From a virus: a stretch of 60,871 nucleotides of DNA. The notes under the pieces were generated by a model, which did no database searches, was not told the origin of the DNA, and saw nothing but the letters and a program-made list of their open reading frames with translations. Every line of letters begins with the position of its first letter. The first letter of the stretch is position 1. A program made the position numbers and the translations under genes. The stretch covers positions 1 through 60,871 of the IMG/VR virus record IMGVR_UViG_3300020138_000001. One strand, written 5' to 3'. This document shows positions 43,455 to 51,633 of this stretch, piece after piece.

Positions 43455-43584
43455 TCAGCGGCCCCGACAGGGGGTACCCCTAAACCGGTTTCGCAGCGAC
43501 CCCGGGGCGTCGGCGGGGGCACCCCCTTCCGGCCCGGGTCCGAAATTCCACCGCGATATGAAAGCGCTTTCCAAACATTGCCGA

Positions 43585-43605
43585 GAAAAGCCGCCTCTCG
43601 GCGGC
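43585..43605 (-). terminator. Rho-independent terminator (minus strand)
   Basis: Minus strand: gccgcc-gaga-ggcggc followed by ttttctcgg. Confidence 0.6.
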
Positions 43606-43610
43606 CTCCC

Positions 43611-43877
43611 CTACCTCCCGAGGTATTCGCGTCCAGCGTCGGTCAGCGCCCACACGATCAGCTCGACGCTGACCGTGTGCCCGCTGGGGTAGGTGTAGCT
43701 CATGGTGCGGGCGGTCTGCACGCTTTCGATGAGTCCTGCCTTCACAAGAACGCGGGCGGTGGTCGAGCGGATGTACAGCAGTTCGTCATCGGCGTGGCTC
43801 CAGTTGTTCGCAACCTTGCCAGGGTTGTCGGCGATGGTCTGGAGTGCGGTGGTCTGGGCCTTCGTGAGCTTCTTCAT
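43611..43877 (-). CDS. Small protein, possibly winged-helix (88 aa)
   Basis: Start at MKKLTKAQ (alternative at 43886) after gacgacagg. Confidence 0.5.
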   Translation of the reverse strand: MKKLTKAQTTALQTIADNPGKVANNWSHADDELLYIRSTTARVLVKAGLIESVQTARTMSYTYPSGHTVSVELIVWALTDAGREYLGR

Positions 43878-44005
43878 GATCGTCATCCTGTCGTCTCGTC
43901 GTCTGTTCCCCAAGCTTAGGGCCGTCGTCGACCGGCGTCAACCCCCTGAGCAGAATATTTTTTAGAATGTTCGGGAGATGCGGGAATCGCTTACCAATCA
44001 TTCCA

Positions 44006-44034
44006 AACAAAAACCCCAGCTCTGCGAGCCGGGG
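44006..44034 (-). terminator. Rho-independent terminator (minus strand)
   Basis: Minus strand: ccccggctc-gca-gagctgggg followed by tttttgtttgg. Confidence 0.7.
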
Positions 44035-44048
44035 TCTCCTGTCATCGA

Positions 44049-44279
44049 CTAGGCGCGTTCGCTGATGCAAACGGTCTGATTGCTGTTGTACACCCGCCAG
44101 CTAGGCGAGTAAGAGCCGCGAAGTGCGACCGTGACGGCGGTAGACTGTCCCTGCGTGTGCTGCGTAACTCTGAACACTTCCAGCACTTCACGTACCGAAT
44201 CCGCGTCATCATTCAGCCGCTCGTGAACCCGGTCCCCCGGCTTGAGCGACCAAGCTTGAATGTACTGCGTTCCGCGCAT
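44049..44279 (-). CDS. Small hypothetical protein (76 aa)
   Basis: Start MRGTQYIQ after gacgatagatgataggacgagaacg, the genome's typical leader. Confidence 0.5.
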   Translation of the reverse strand: MRGTQYIQAWSLKPGDRVHERLNDDADSVREVLEVFRVTQHTQGQSTAVTVALRGSYSPSWRVYNSNQTVCISERA

Positions 44280-44393
44280 CGTTCTCGTCCTATCATCTAT
44301 CGTCGTGGGCGCTTGCCCTGGTGGCGTCAACAGTACCGGCCCCTGCACGAGGGTGCAAGGGCCGGACCAAATATTTTTCAATTATCTTCCGAC

Positions 44394-44954
44394 CTAGCGT
44401 TTCCGCAGTTGAGCGGCCGTCATGCCGTGGCGATCGGGCAGCTTCGGCCCGATGGCGATCTCGTTTCCGGACCCGCTGCACCCGTTGCAGTCCTCGCGCA
44501 GCGCGAACTTATGCGCCCGAACGAACCCTTCCCCACCGCACGTGCGGCACCCGCGCACGCGACCTTGCAGCGATTGCCAGCGGAGCCCTTCCGACTCCGG
44601 TAGCTCGACGTAGTGCACTCGCTTCCATCCGCCGAACGTCTTCACGATTTTCTCGATCGTCTTCCACGTGCCGCAATGCCGCACACGTGGTTTGCCGCCC
44701 ATCGCTGACGGCGTATCGTTCGAGGTGAGCCAGTGCGCACGGGGGTTGTTGTCGGCCCTCCGACAGACCGTGCATCCCGAGAGGTACGCCCGGTACCCGT
44801 ACGGCTTCAGGTTGCCGTCTGCGTCGAGCGCGTCAAGCCAGTACCAACCGGCGAACGCTTCCGATCCCTCCCGATCCCATGCGCCTTCGTCGGTGTCCGG
44901 CCACGGCTCGAAGAGCACTTGCAGGGCCGGTGGCTTAGGTGTCTGTTTCGCCAT
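44394..44954 (-). CDS. Hypothetical protein with two DnaJ-type CxxCxGxG zinc-finger motifs
   Basis: CRTCGGEG and CNGCSGSG lie near the C-terminus; 186 aa. Confidence 0.55.
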   Translation of the reverse strand: MAKQTPKPPALQVLFEPWPDTDEGAWDREGSEAFAGWYWLDALDADGNLKPYGYRAYLSGCTVCRRADNNPRAHWLTSNDTPSAMGGKPRVRHCGTWKTIEKIVKTFGGWKRVHYVELPESEGLRWQSLQGRVRGCRTCGGEGFVRAHKFALREDCNGCSGSGNEIAIGPKLPDRHGMTAAQLRKR

Positions 44955-44972
44955 GTCGTCACTCCCTGTCGA

Positions 44973-45068
44973 TCACTTGCGGCGCAGGTCGAGCAGGACG
45001 ATTGCGGCCGCCAGCGCGAGGATGGCGATGATCAGTGCGAGATCGATGATCGTAACGGTGCCAGACAT
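44973..45068 (-). CDS. 31-aa single-pass membrane peptide
   Basis: MSGTVTIIDLALIIAILALAAAIVLLDLRRK, with ATG after acgacgacaggacaagtagaaagagg. The ORF is below the track's length cutoff. Confidence 0.4.
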   Translation of the reverse strand: MSGTVTIIDLALIIAILALAAAIVLLDLRRK

Positions 45069-45104
45069 GGGTACCTCTTTCTACTTGTCCTGTCGTCGTT
45101 GTCC

Positions 45105-45122
45105 GCAATAATTTATCACAGC
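45105..45122 (+). promoter_or_regulatory. Promoter-like AT-rich box (gcaataatttatcacagc) upstream of the ncRNA/Rsr locus
   Basis: An AT-rich island resembling the other boxes, at a point of divergent transcription. Confidence 0.35.
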
Positions 45123-45198
45123 ACTCCGCAGACGATGACGGGGGTACCCGCTTGCGGGGCGCTCCGGGGGTCGTGTATATTCGAATCATGCGCCGCTC

Positions 45199-45416
45199 GG
45201 AGTGACGCGTTTCGGTTACTTCAGGGTTCGACTCCCAACATCACGCATGGTGCCGTGATGCTCATCGAAAGGTGAGGGCAAGCGATCCGAGACCAACCGG
45301 ATTCGAGCGGCGGTAATACAGCGTTGAGCAGTCGTAACGGCGACACGCTCATCAGAAGGTTTCTGATTCGTACCGGGAATCTTCGATCACTGGGCTTCGG
45401 CCCGGTGATGCTGGGC
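45199..45416 (+). ncRNA. Structured non-coding region, first copy of the GGAGTGA-N-TTCGGTTACTTC motif (possible Y-RNA-like RNA or leader)
   Basis: No credible ORF. Motif at 45199..45222, a partial T-loop-like gggttcgactccc, and hairpin atcactgggc-ttcg-gcccggtgat at its end. Confidence 0.3.
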
Positions 45417-45605
45417 GGAGTGAAGATTTCGGTTACTTCAACGGAAACCGACGGTTGCGGGTTCGAATCCCGTCCCATGACAGTGTCATGCGGTAGCTCA
45501 AATGGCAGAGCTTCGGTAAAAATGCGCCGAGATCGATGTGATTCGCCCAGCACTAAAATTTCACACCCTCCGGTGTGACGCGTGGGGATACTTCACCTGT
45601 TTTTG
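45417..45605 (+). ncRNA. YrlA-type Y RNA candidate with a permuted tRNA-like module
   Basis: 5' ggagtgaag pairs with 3' cttcacc and is followed by a tgttttt run. T arm 45457..45473 (gcggg-ttcgaat-cccgt), acceptor-like hairpin 45476..45490, D arm 45496..45511 (gctc-aaatggca-gagc). Confidence 0.5.
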
Positions 45606-45656
45606 CAAACTGGTCCCAAACGCCCCGCGCAACGTGAATCGGAGGATGCACAAGCA

Positions 45657-45781
45657 GTGTGCGGAGTGACGAGTTCGGTTACTTCGCCTATTAAGCGAGA
45701 GGTTGCGGGTTCGAATCCCGCTCGCTGGCTTCGGTTGGCGGTAGCTCAATGGTAGAGCGCTACATTTCCGCACTCATTTTG
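45657..45781 (+). ncRNA. YrlA-type Y RNA candidate with a permuted tRNA-like module
   Basis: Terminal stem gtgcgga (45659) / tccgcac (45767) followed by tcatttt. T arm 45705..45721, acceptor-like stem closed by a UUCG loop at 45723..45740, D arm 45744..45758. Confidence 0.5.
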
Positions 45782-45813
45782 ATTCGCGCACTGCTTGTGA
45801 TGTCCTCCGGAAG

Positions 45814-47523
45814 ATGAGAGAAGAGGACACATTGACGAAGTTCAACAAGGCGCGACAGGGTACGACGCCTAGATCCCCCATCGCCAGCGCAACGCAAGCG
45901 CGGTTCCAGACTGCTGAAGGCGCGCAGGGATTCAAGCGCTCCGCTCAGGGAGAGTTGTTCGTACTGGGTTCGGGCCGATTCTTCGGAGAGGCATCGTTCT
46001 ACGAGTCGGCGCACGACGGGGCCGACCGATTCCGCACGCTCGTTCATGAAGTCGCGTTGAGTAATCCCGAGTGGCTTGTGCGGTTCCTGAAGTGGCTTCG
46101 AACGGAAGCCAACATCCGCACGGCCGCGATTGTTGGTGCTGTTGAGTACGTGCGCGCCATGCAGCGCCCGGAGGCTGCCGATGCCGTCGCCATCCGCGAC
46201 GGCGTGTGCCGAAGCGAGATCACGCCGCGCGCCGTGGTGCGTTCCGTCCTCCAGCGCGCCGATGAGCCCGGCGAGATGATCGCTTACTACCTCCAGCGTT
46301 ACGGCCGCTCGATTCCGCATGCGATGAAGCGAGGCATTGCCGACGCCATCACCGGAATCAGAACCGGCCGAGACCCGCTGTACTCCGAGTACAGCGTGCT
46401 GAAGTACGATACCCCTTCGCACGGAGTGCGTTTCGGGGACGTGGTGGAGCTGGTGTGCCCGGCAACAGTGCACCCATCGATTCGTGGAACGGATCAGGGA
46501 AATCTGATCAAGCACGTCATCGATCGTCGTCACGGCCGCGACGAGATTCCCGAAGTTTTCGACATGCTCACCGACAACGCGCAGATTCGCGCCCACGCGG
46601 CGCGGTACCCTGCGACCCTGCTCGATCCCGAACGTCTCAAGGCGGCCGGGCTCACGTGGGAAGACGCGCTATCGCTCGGCGGGTCGAAGCTCGACAAGCG
46701 CAAGCTGTGGGAATCGCTGATCGATGCCGATGCGCTCGGTTACATGGCACTGTTGCGCAACCTGCGGGCGTTCGATGAGGCGGGCGTCTCGGTCTACCAT
46801 GCGGCTAAGGTGGCATCGATCCTGAGAAACCCTCATCGCGTGCGGAAGGCGCGACAACTGCCGTTTCGGTTCTTCACCGCCGCCAAGGAAGCGACCGCTC
46901 CGCGATGGGCTCACGCGCTCGAACAGGCGTTGAACATTTCCACGGAGAACATTCCGGAGTTGCCGGGACGAACGCTGGTCCTGGTAGACACGTCGGGGTC
47001 GATGCAGTGGACGAACCTGTCAGCACGTTCGGGGGTCAGCTTGGTTGACACGGCGGCGCTGTTCGGCGTCGCGTTGTCGATGCACGCTGCTGATGTGGAC
47101 CTGTACGGGTTCGCAGACAGCGTGTTCAAGGCGCAGGTGTCGAAGGGCGGTTCAGTGCTTCGTCAGACGGAGAAGATGACGGCCCGCGTAGGTACGGCCG
47201 GGAACGGTACGCGGATTGCGGAGAGCTTGAAGCGGACGTTCCGAGGACATGACCGCGTCGTGATCTTCACGGACATGCAGACGATGCCGGACGACGGCAC
47301 AATGCCGTACTACGCGTACCACGTGGGGAACGTGAGCACGGCGGTACCGCCCAATGTGCCGATTTACGCATGGAACCTCGCAGGGTACGAAGCGTCGATG
47401 ATGCCCACCGGGTCGGACAACCGGCATGAGTTCGGCGGGTTCTCGGACTCGGCCTTCTCGACCATGCAGACGCTCGAAGCCGGTCGGGACGGGCGTTGGC
47501 CCTGGGAAGCATCGAAGGGGTAG
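45814..47523 (+). CDS. rsr: Ro60 orthologue (Rsr): TROVE domain plus a C-terminal vWA domain
   Basis: 569 aa. The N-terminus has TROVE-like FYESAHDG...WLVRFLKWLRTEANIR, and the C-terminus has the MIDAS motif LVLVDTSGSMQ. Confidence 0.8.
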   Translation: MREEDTLTKFNKARQGTTPRSPIASATQARFQTAEGAQGFKRSAQGELFVLGSGRFFGEASFYESAHDGADRFRTLVHEVALSNPEWLVRFLKWLRTEANIRTAAIVGAVEYVRAMQRPEAADAVAIRDGVCRSEITPRAVVRSVLQRADEPGEMIAYYLQRYGRSIPHAMKRGIADAITGIRTGRDPLYSEYSVLKYDTPSHGVRFGDVVELVCPATVHPSIRGTDQGNLIKHVIDRRHGRDEIPEVFDMLTDNAQIRAHAARYPATLLDPERLKAAGLTWEDALSLGGSKLDKRKLWESLIDADALGYMALLRNLRAFDEAGVSVYHAAKVASILRNPHRVRKARQLPFRFFTAAKEATAPRWAHALEQALNISTENIPELPGRTLVLVDTSGSMQWTNLSARSGVSLVDTAALFGVALSMHAADVDLYGFADSVFKAQVSKGGSVLRQTEKMTARVGTAGNGTRIAESLKRTFRGHDRVVIFTDMQTMPDDGTMPYYAYHVGNVSTAVPPNVPIYAWNLAGYEASMMPTGSDNRHEFGGFSDSAFSTMQTLEAGRDGRWPWEASKG

Positions 47524-47525
47524 AC

Positions 47526-47651
47526 ATGGGCTGGCTCATGAACGGTGATCCGACGAACGGACACAGTGGACGCGGTCCGGGACGGCCCGCAGGCAGCAAG
47601 GACAAGCCGAAAGAGGCCCCGAAGGGCAAGCCGAAGCCGAACAAGAAGTGA
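47526..47651 (+). CDS. 41-aa basic Lys/Pro/Gly-rich peptide
   Basis: ATG 3 nt after the rsr stop; a hairpin follows. The ORF is below the track's length cutoff. Confidence 0.35.
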   Translation: MGWLMNGDPTNGHSGRGPGRPAGSKDKPKEAPKGKPKPNKK

Positions 47652-47655
47652 TACA

Positions 47656-47681
47656 AGGGCCGATCCTCCGGGGTCGGCCCT
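47656..47681 (+). terminator. Hairpin terminator candidate (agggccgatcc-tccg-gggtcggccct)
   Basis: 11-bp stem with one G-U pair, and a weak U tract. Confidence 0.45.
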
Positions 47682-47684
47682 TCG

Positions 47685-47703
47685 TGCTACTCTGATGTAA
47701 ATC
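47685..47703 (+). promoter_or_regulatory. Promoter-like AT-rich box (tgctactctgatgtaaatc)
   Basis: It lies between the hairpin and the GACGA-rich leader of 47728. Confidence 0.4.
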
Positions 47704-47727
47704 GACAAACGACGACGAGAGGACATC

Positions 47728-48279
47728 ATGAAATTCACCGAATGGCGCGAGCAGGCGGCGTGCAAGGCGTACGCCGCGTACGGCGAGTCGCTGTCAATGC
47801 CGTGGGAATCGCTCACGGACGCCGACCGCGACAAGTGGCGCAAGGTTGCCAGCGCCGTTCTCGGCGAAGGCAGGATCGAGTTCCGGCCGTCGCCGGACTG
47901 CGCCGAAGAAGATACCCGCCGCGAGAACGAGATGCTGCGGAAGATGGCGCTCGACGCCACGGACGACGTCGGGAAGTACCGTGAAATCAGCATCGAAGTC
48001 GCACGCGAACGCGATGAGGCGCTGTCGCAGCTTGCCGGGACAAAACGTGCGTATGAGCACGCGCGCGAGCAGCGCGACAAGTACATGCGTCGCACGACGG
48101 AATGGCGCGAGGTCGCGCAGAACGCCCGGCTGCACAGCAACGTGCAATGGCTTGTTGATGAGGTCGGCCGCGAGCACTTCCGGCAGTGTCCCGTCGAGCA
48201 GTGCGACACCTGCTCAGGCATTATCAGTATCGATGAGAGCCTGAAGATGCTTGCCGACGACGAAGAGACGACACAGTGA
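47728..48279 (+). CDS. Hypothetical protein (183 aa)
   Basis: ATG after cgacgagagga; acidic and helical. Confidence 0.55.
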   Translation: MKFTEWREQAACKAYAAYGESLSMPWESLTDADRDKWRKVASAVLGEGRIEFRPSPDCAEEDTRRENEMLRKMALDATDDVGKYREISIEVARERDEALSQLAGTKRAYEHAREQRDKYMRRTTEWREVAQNARLHSNVQWLVDEVGREHFRQCPVEQCDTCSGIISIDESLKMLADDEETTQ

Positions 48280-48473
48280 TGCGGTACGGCAGCGGCTGGC
48301 ACTGGCAGCAGTACGGCCGCAATCACGCGGCGCTCGTACCGATGTCGACGGCGTACGAGTCCCCGTCGATCCGGTGGCAGCACACCGAAACATGCTCTGT
48401 CGACCGCATGACGGGGCTAGGATGCAACTGCGAGACGAAAGAGACGAAAGAGACGACCGATGCCGAAGATTAA
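48276..48473 (+). CDS. Hypothetical protein (65 aa)
   Basis: GTGATG overlap with the upstream stop. Confidence 0.45.
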   Translation: MMRYGSGWHWQQYGRNHAALVPMSTAYESPSIRWQHTETCSVDRMTGLGCNCETKETKETTDAED

Positions 48474-48861
48474 ACTCAGCGCCGTCGAAGGGCGCGCCGC
48501 TGGCGTGCACATGGCGATCGTTCCGCCTGAGAACGAATCGCCGTACAGCTCCGTTCACGAGTCACTGTGCGGGATCGGTAACAACTACTTCTTCGACAGC
48601 TATTGGCGGAAGACGACCGACACGGCCGACTGCTCCGAATGTGTCGGGAAGGCCGACGAGTTGTACGCCGAAGGTGCGGAACTGTTCGACCCTGCGTCGT
48701 ACAGTCCGGCCCGATGGCTCACCGGGCCGCCGGAAGTGTTCTATGAACTCTGCTCGACTGCGCCGCTTGACGGCATGATTCCGCTGCCCTCCGTCGACCC
48801 GGAAGGCTACGCCGCGTGGGAAGCGACGATGCGACAGGAGACGAACGGTGCCGAAGGTTAA
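48460..48861 (+). CDS. Hypothetical protein (133 aa)
   Basis: MPKIK... start after the tandem repeat gagacgaaagagacgaaagagacgaccg. Confidence 0.5.
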   Translation: MPKIKLSAVEGRAAGVHMAIVPPENESPYSSVHESLCGIGNNYFFDSYWRKTTDTADCSECVGKADELYAEGAELFDPASYSPARWLTGPPEVFYELCSTAPLDGMIPLPSVDPEGYAAWEATMRQETNGAEG

Positions 48862-49234
48862 GCCGAAGACGTACAAAGTCCCGTACAACAACAAAGGTGA
48901 CTTGCAGCACTACCCGTCGAATTGCTGGACCGCGAACCTCGCGACCGGCGAGCGCGAGATGCACACTCCGGAATGGCGTACGCCTGTTCCATTTCGCGCC
49001 GTGCTCATGTACGAAGGGTATGCCCGGGGCCGGAGCGCTGCTTACTTCCTGTGGCGTCACTACGTCACAGGTACGCGCTACCCCATGTTCATGACCGATT
49101 TCGATGAGATGATGCGGACGCGAACCATCCCGCTCCAGGGCGTGCACGCGACATGGATCGAATGTAAGCGCGGGCAGAACTACGGCATCAGAATTGCGAC
49201 GGAAGCTGAGATTGCAGTGTGCTCTGAGCCGTAG
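48848..49234 (+). CDS. Hypothetical protein (128 aa)
   Basis: GTG start (MPKVK...), overlapping the upstream gene's 3' end. Confidence 0.5.
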   Translation: MPKVKPKTYKVPYNNKGDLQHYPSNCWTANLATGEREMHTPEWRTPVPFRAVLMYEGYARGRSAAYFLWRHYVTGTRYPMFMTDFDEMMRTRTIPLQGVHATWIECKRGQNYGIRIATEAEIAVCSEP

Positions 49235-49258
49235 ACTACGGGTACGAGAGAGGACTGC

Positions 49259-49477
49259 ATGACGTACTACTACACCCGACCAGGTTGGAATGTCGAAACT
49301 ACCCACCCGATCGAGCCAGGAGAAGACGGGCCCGTATGCGAGGTATGCGCCTCGCTTGTAGCGCCTACGATGGCGTTTGCGGAAGCACAGGGTTCGACGG
49401 CGCATGGTCACATGGAGCCGGAAGGCGACGGCACGTCACACCTGATCGTTGTGCGACGACCCGTTAACGATGAGTGA
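49259..49477 (+). CDS. Hypothetical protein (72 aa)
   Basis: ATG after gagagagga; a strong terminator follows. Confidence 0.5.
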   Translation: MTYYYTRPGWNVETTHPIEPGEDGPVCEVCASLVAPTMAFAEAQGSTAHGHMEPEGDGTSHLIVVRRPVNDE

Positions 49478-49506
49478 AAGCCGGTCCCTCCGGGGACCGG
49501 CTTTTT
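49478..49506 (+). terminator. Rho-independent terminator
   Basis: aagccggtccc-tccg-gggaccggctt followed by ttt. Confidence 0.8.
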
Positions 49507-49540
49507 CGTCCCCATGCTGAGACCTTACAAAAACTTCGCA

Positions 49541-49559
49541 GATTATTTGTATAATAGTT
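49541..49559 (+). promoter_or_regulatory. Promoter-like box (gattatttgtataatagtt; TATAAT at 49550)
   Basis: An AT-rich island after the terminator and upstream of the 49626 leader. Confidence 0.45.
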
Positions 49560-49625
49560 CATGGACGGGCACCCCGAGTCGACATAGTCTTGAGGCACAC
49601 AACGACGAGACGATAGGACGAAACG

Positions 49626-50429
49626 ATGAACTTCACGATCAAGTACAATCGCACCAGCGTTCACATTCAGGGATGCGCAGCAGCTACGCAGGCGTCTGGC
49701 AACGGCGAAGACAACGGTTCCGGTGTCGTTGCTTACTACGCCGAAAGCGCCTGCGGATCGCTCACCCGCAACGGATTCCGCATGGCGGTTGGCGACTCGT
49801 TCGAGACGGCCGTCGAAGCACGGGACGCGGCGCAGCGCAAGGCGAAGGCACTCGGCCTGAAGTTCTGCAAGAACTGCGAGACGGCCGTGAAGTGGTCGAT
49901 CGCGAACGCTCCCTTCGACCCTGAGTCGGACGAGTTCAAGGCCAAAAAGAAGCGCATCAATAACGAGCTGATCGCCCGCAGCGAAGCCGCGAAAGCCAAG
50001 CGCGCCGCTCAGGAGACGAAGCCGGAAACCACGCCCACGATCGCGGACCAAGTGGCTCAAATCCGTGCCAACTGCGAGGCCGAAGAAGAGGCTCGCGCGG
50101 CCGCGCGCCGGGCGCGCAACCGCACCAACTACGCTCCGGCTCCCGAGACCACTGAACGCAAGACGCGAACCCTCACGTTCGAGTACAGCGCTACGCAGGG
50201 CGTGATTATCGCGGCGGCGCTGCGGCAGCAGGCCGCTGACGAAGAGGTACAGGCGAACATCCACGAGCAGAACGGCACCGGATACGAAGACCAGGCGCGA
50301 ACCGCTCGGAACCGGGCGAAGATGCTGCTGGAAGCCGCCGACGAGATGCACTCGACCGTGCAGAACGCGCTGCGCCAGGAAGATCCCATGCACAAGCGAC
50401 TTCAGGACGCGATCGGGCTCTACTGGTAG
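49626..50429 (+). CDS. Hypothetical protein (267 aa) with a Lys/Ala/Glu-rich central region
   Basis: ATG after gacgataggacgaaacg. Confidence 0.55.
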   Translation: MNFTIKYNRTSVHIQGCAAATQASGNGEDNGSGVVAYYAESACGSLTRNGFRMAVGDSFETAVEARDAAQRKAKALGLKFCKNCETAVKWSIANAPFDPESDEFKAKKKRINNELIARSEAAKAKRAAQETKPETTPTIADQVAQIRANCEAEEEARAAARRARNRTNYAPAPETTERKTRTLTFEYSATQGVIIAAALRQQAADEEVQANIHEQNGTGYEDQARTARNRAKMLLEAADEMHSTVQNALRQEDPMHKRLQDAIGLYW

Positions 50430-50436
50430 GAAGGGC

Positions 50437-50460
50437 CCCGGGGCCGAACCAGGCCCCGGG
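50437..50460 (+). terminator. GC hairpin (cccggggcc-N6-ggccccggg)
   Basis: 9-bp stem with no U tract. Confidence 0.35.
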
Positions 50461-50464
50461 CTCT

Positions 50465-50481
50465 GATAAAATTTATAGAAC
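50465..50481 (+). promoter_or_regulatory. Promoter-like box (gataaaatttatagaac)
   Basis: AT-rich island between the hairpin and the leader. Confidence 0.4.
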
Positions 50482-50505
50482 ACGACGAACGACGAAAGAC
50501 GAGAC

Positions 50506-50964
50506 ATGACGCAGACTACGCAGGGAACCAGCCTGGAGCTTGCCCGGGACATGGCGTTGACTGAAATGCGTAACCACGGGATCACCGGGTGGAATTTCAA
50601 GTTCGACAACGCCAAACGTCGGTGCGGAAGCACGCAGCACGGAAAGAAGACGATCACGCTCTCACGGCCGTACGTGTTGCTGAATTCCGAGAAGGAAGTG
50701 CTCGAAACGATCTTGCACGAGATTGCGCACGTCATCGCCGGTCCAGCGGCCGGACACGGGCCGCAGTGGCGGAAGGCGGCGCGAGCCGTGGGTGCGAGCC
50801 CTGTTCGATGCGCCGGGTCGGAGGTCAACTTCCCCAAGCCCAAGTGGCGGATTGTGTGCGCGAACAGCCACGTCATCGGCCACAGGCACCGCCGCAGCAA
50901 GTCGATGACCGAGTCATACAGGTGCCGGTGCGGCGGGGCCCTCAAGTATATTTTGAACGAATAG
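50506..50964 (+). CDS. SprT-like zinc metalloprotease domain protein
   Basis: HEIAHVIAG (HExxH) with a preceding SprT-like N-terminal region and a C-terminal Cys pair; 152 aa. Confidence 0.65.
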   Translation: MTQTTQGTSLELARDMALTEMRNHGITGWNFKFDNAKRRCGSTQHGKKTITLSRPYVLLNSEKEVLETILHEIAHVIAGPAAGHGPQWRKAARAVGASPVRCAGSEVNFPKPKWRIVCANSHVIGHRHRRSKSMTESYRCRCGGALKYILNE

Positions 50965-50996
50965 GCACCCCCGGTGTGCGACCCTCTGCGGGCCAT

Positions 50997-51014
50997 GCTA
51001 TTATATAAATCAGA
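50997..51014 (+). promoter_or_regulatory. Promoter-like box (tgctattatataaatcag)
   Basis: AT-rich island, followed by leader aacgacgacaacgacgaaagga. Confidence 0.45.
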
Positions 51015-51040
51015 ACGACGACAACGACGAAAGGATCGAT

Positions 51041-51256
51041 ATGCTTCCCGGACAGAAGAACGAGAAGATGAAGAGCGTCAAGGACGTCAACGGCAAGGAG
51101 ATCAAGGTGGGCGACAAGGTCCGCCACACCTCGTACGGTCGAGACGCGGTCGTTACCAGCACGCACATGGCTTCGATCGGCTCCGTTCGGTTCCCCGAAA
51201 TCTCGATCGATCAGCCGGGCGGTCCGTGGGCTCCCGACCTGGTTCGTAAGCTCTAA
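51041..51256 (+). CDS. Hypothetical protein (71 aa)
   Basis: ATG after gacgaaaggatcgat. Confidence 0.5.
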   Translation: MLPGQKNEKMKSVKDVNGKEIKVGDKVRHTSYGRDAVVTSTHMASIGSVRFPEISIDQPGGPWAPDLVRKL

Positions 51257-51268
51257 CGCTTGCCCGTG

Positions 51269-51299
51269 GGGATCACTGCACTACGGGGGCAGTGATCCC
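51269..51299 (+). terminator. Hairpin gggatcactgc-N9-gcagtgatccc
   Basis: 11-bp perfect stem with no clear U tract. Confidence 0.4.
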
Positions 51300-51337
51300 T
51301 CTCGGGGAACGTTAGATACACGATGAAAGGACGTCAA

Positions 51338-51541
51338 ATGGCTAAGAAGCGGACCGTGGTCTCTGTGACCCTGAAGTTCAGCGTCGACCCGGACACGTGG
51401 GGGAACGAATACGGGCTGGATGAGGAAGAGCAGATCCAAGATCTGAAGCACTACTTGCCCGAACTGGTGAAGAGCCACGTCGAAGGGATGCCGCACGTGA
51501 AGCTCGGAATCGTGGACCTGCTGCCTCGGAGCGGGCAGTGA
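51338..51541 (+). CDS. Hypothetical protein (67 aa)
   Basis: Start at MAKKRTV. The upstream ATG at 51323 lies inside the gaaagga RBS. Confidence 0.5.
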   Translation: MAKKRTVVSVTLKFSVDPDTWGNEYGLDEEEQIQDLKHYLPELVKSHVEGMPHVKLGIVDLLPRSGQ

Positions 51542-51633
51542 GCCTATGGCAGCATCTCGCGGTCGCGTGCATCGCGCTCGCTGGAATTTTCCTCATAGCT
51601 GCTGTGATCGGACTCGCGATCGGGGGACAGTGA
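51538..51633 (+). CDS. 31-aa membrane peptide (tentative)
   Basis: GTGA overlap upstream and TGATG overlap downstream. VSLWQHLAVACIALAGIFLIAAVIGLAIGGQ. Confidence 0.3.
   Translation: MSLWQHLAVACIALAGIFLIAAVIGLAIGGQ

Noticed and set aside
45457-45758. The T-arm and D-arm matches on the + strand could be ordinary tRNA genes
   Set aside because: In both cases the T arm precedes the D arm, and the acceptor-like helix is closed by a loop. No anticodon arm lies between D and T. This permuted order is incompatible with a genuine tRNA and fits Y-RNA tRNA-like domains.
49464-50996. 510-aa minus-strand ORF (and similar ones at 39906..41078, 47364..48383 and 41898..42683)
   Set aside because: It runs through a strong + strand terminator and promoter cassettes, and is antisense to genes with clear motifs (SprT HExxH, primase Walker A). 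These are shadow ORFs of GC-rich DNA.
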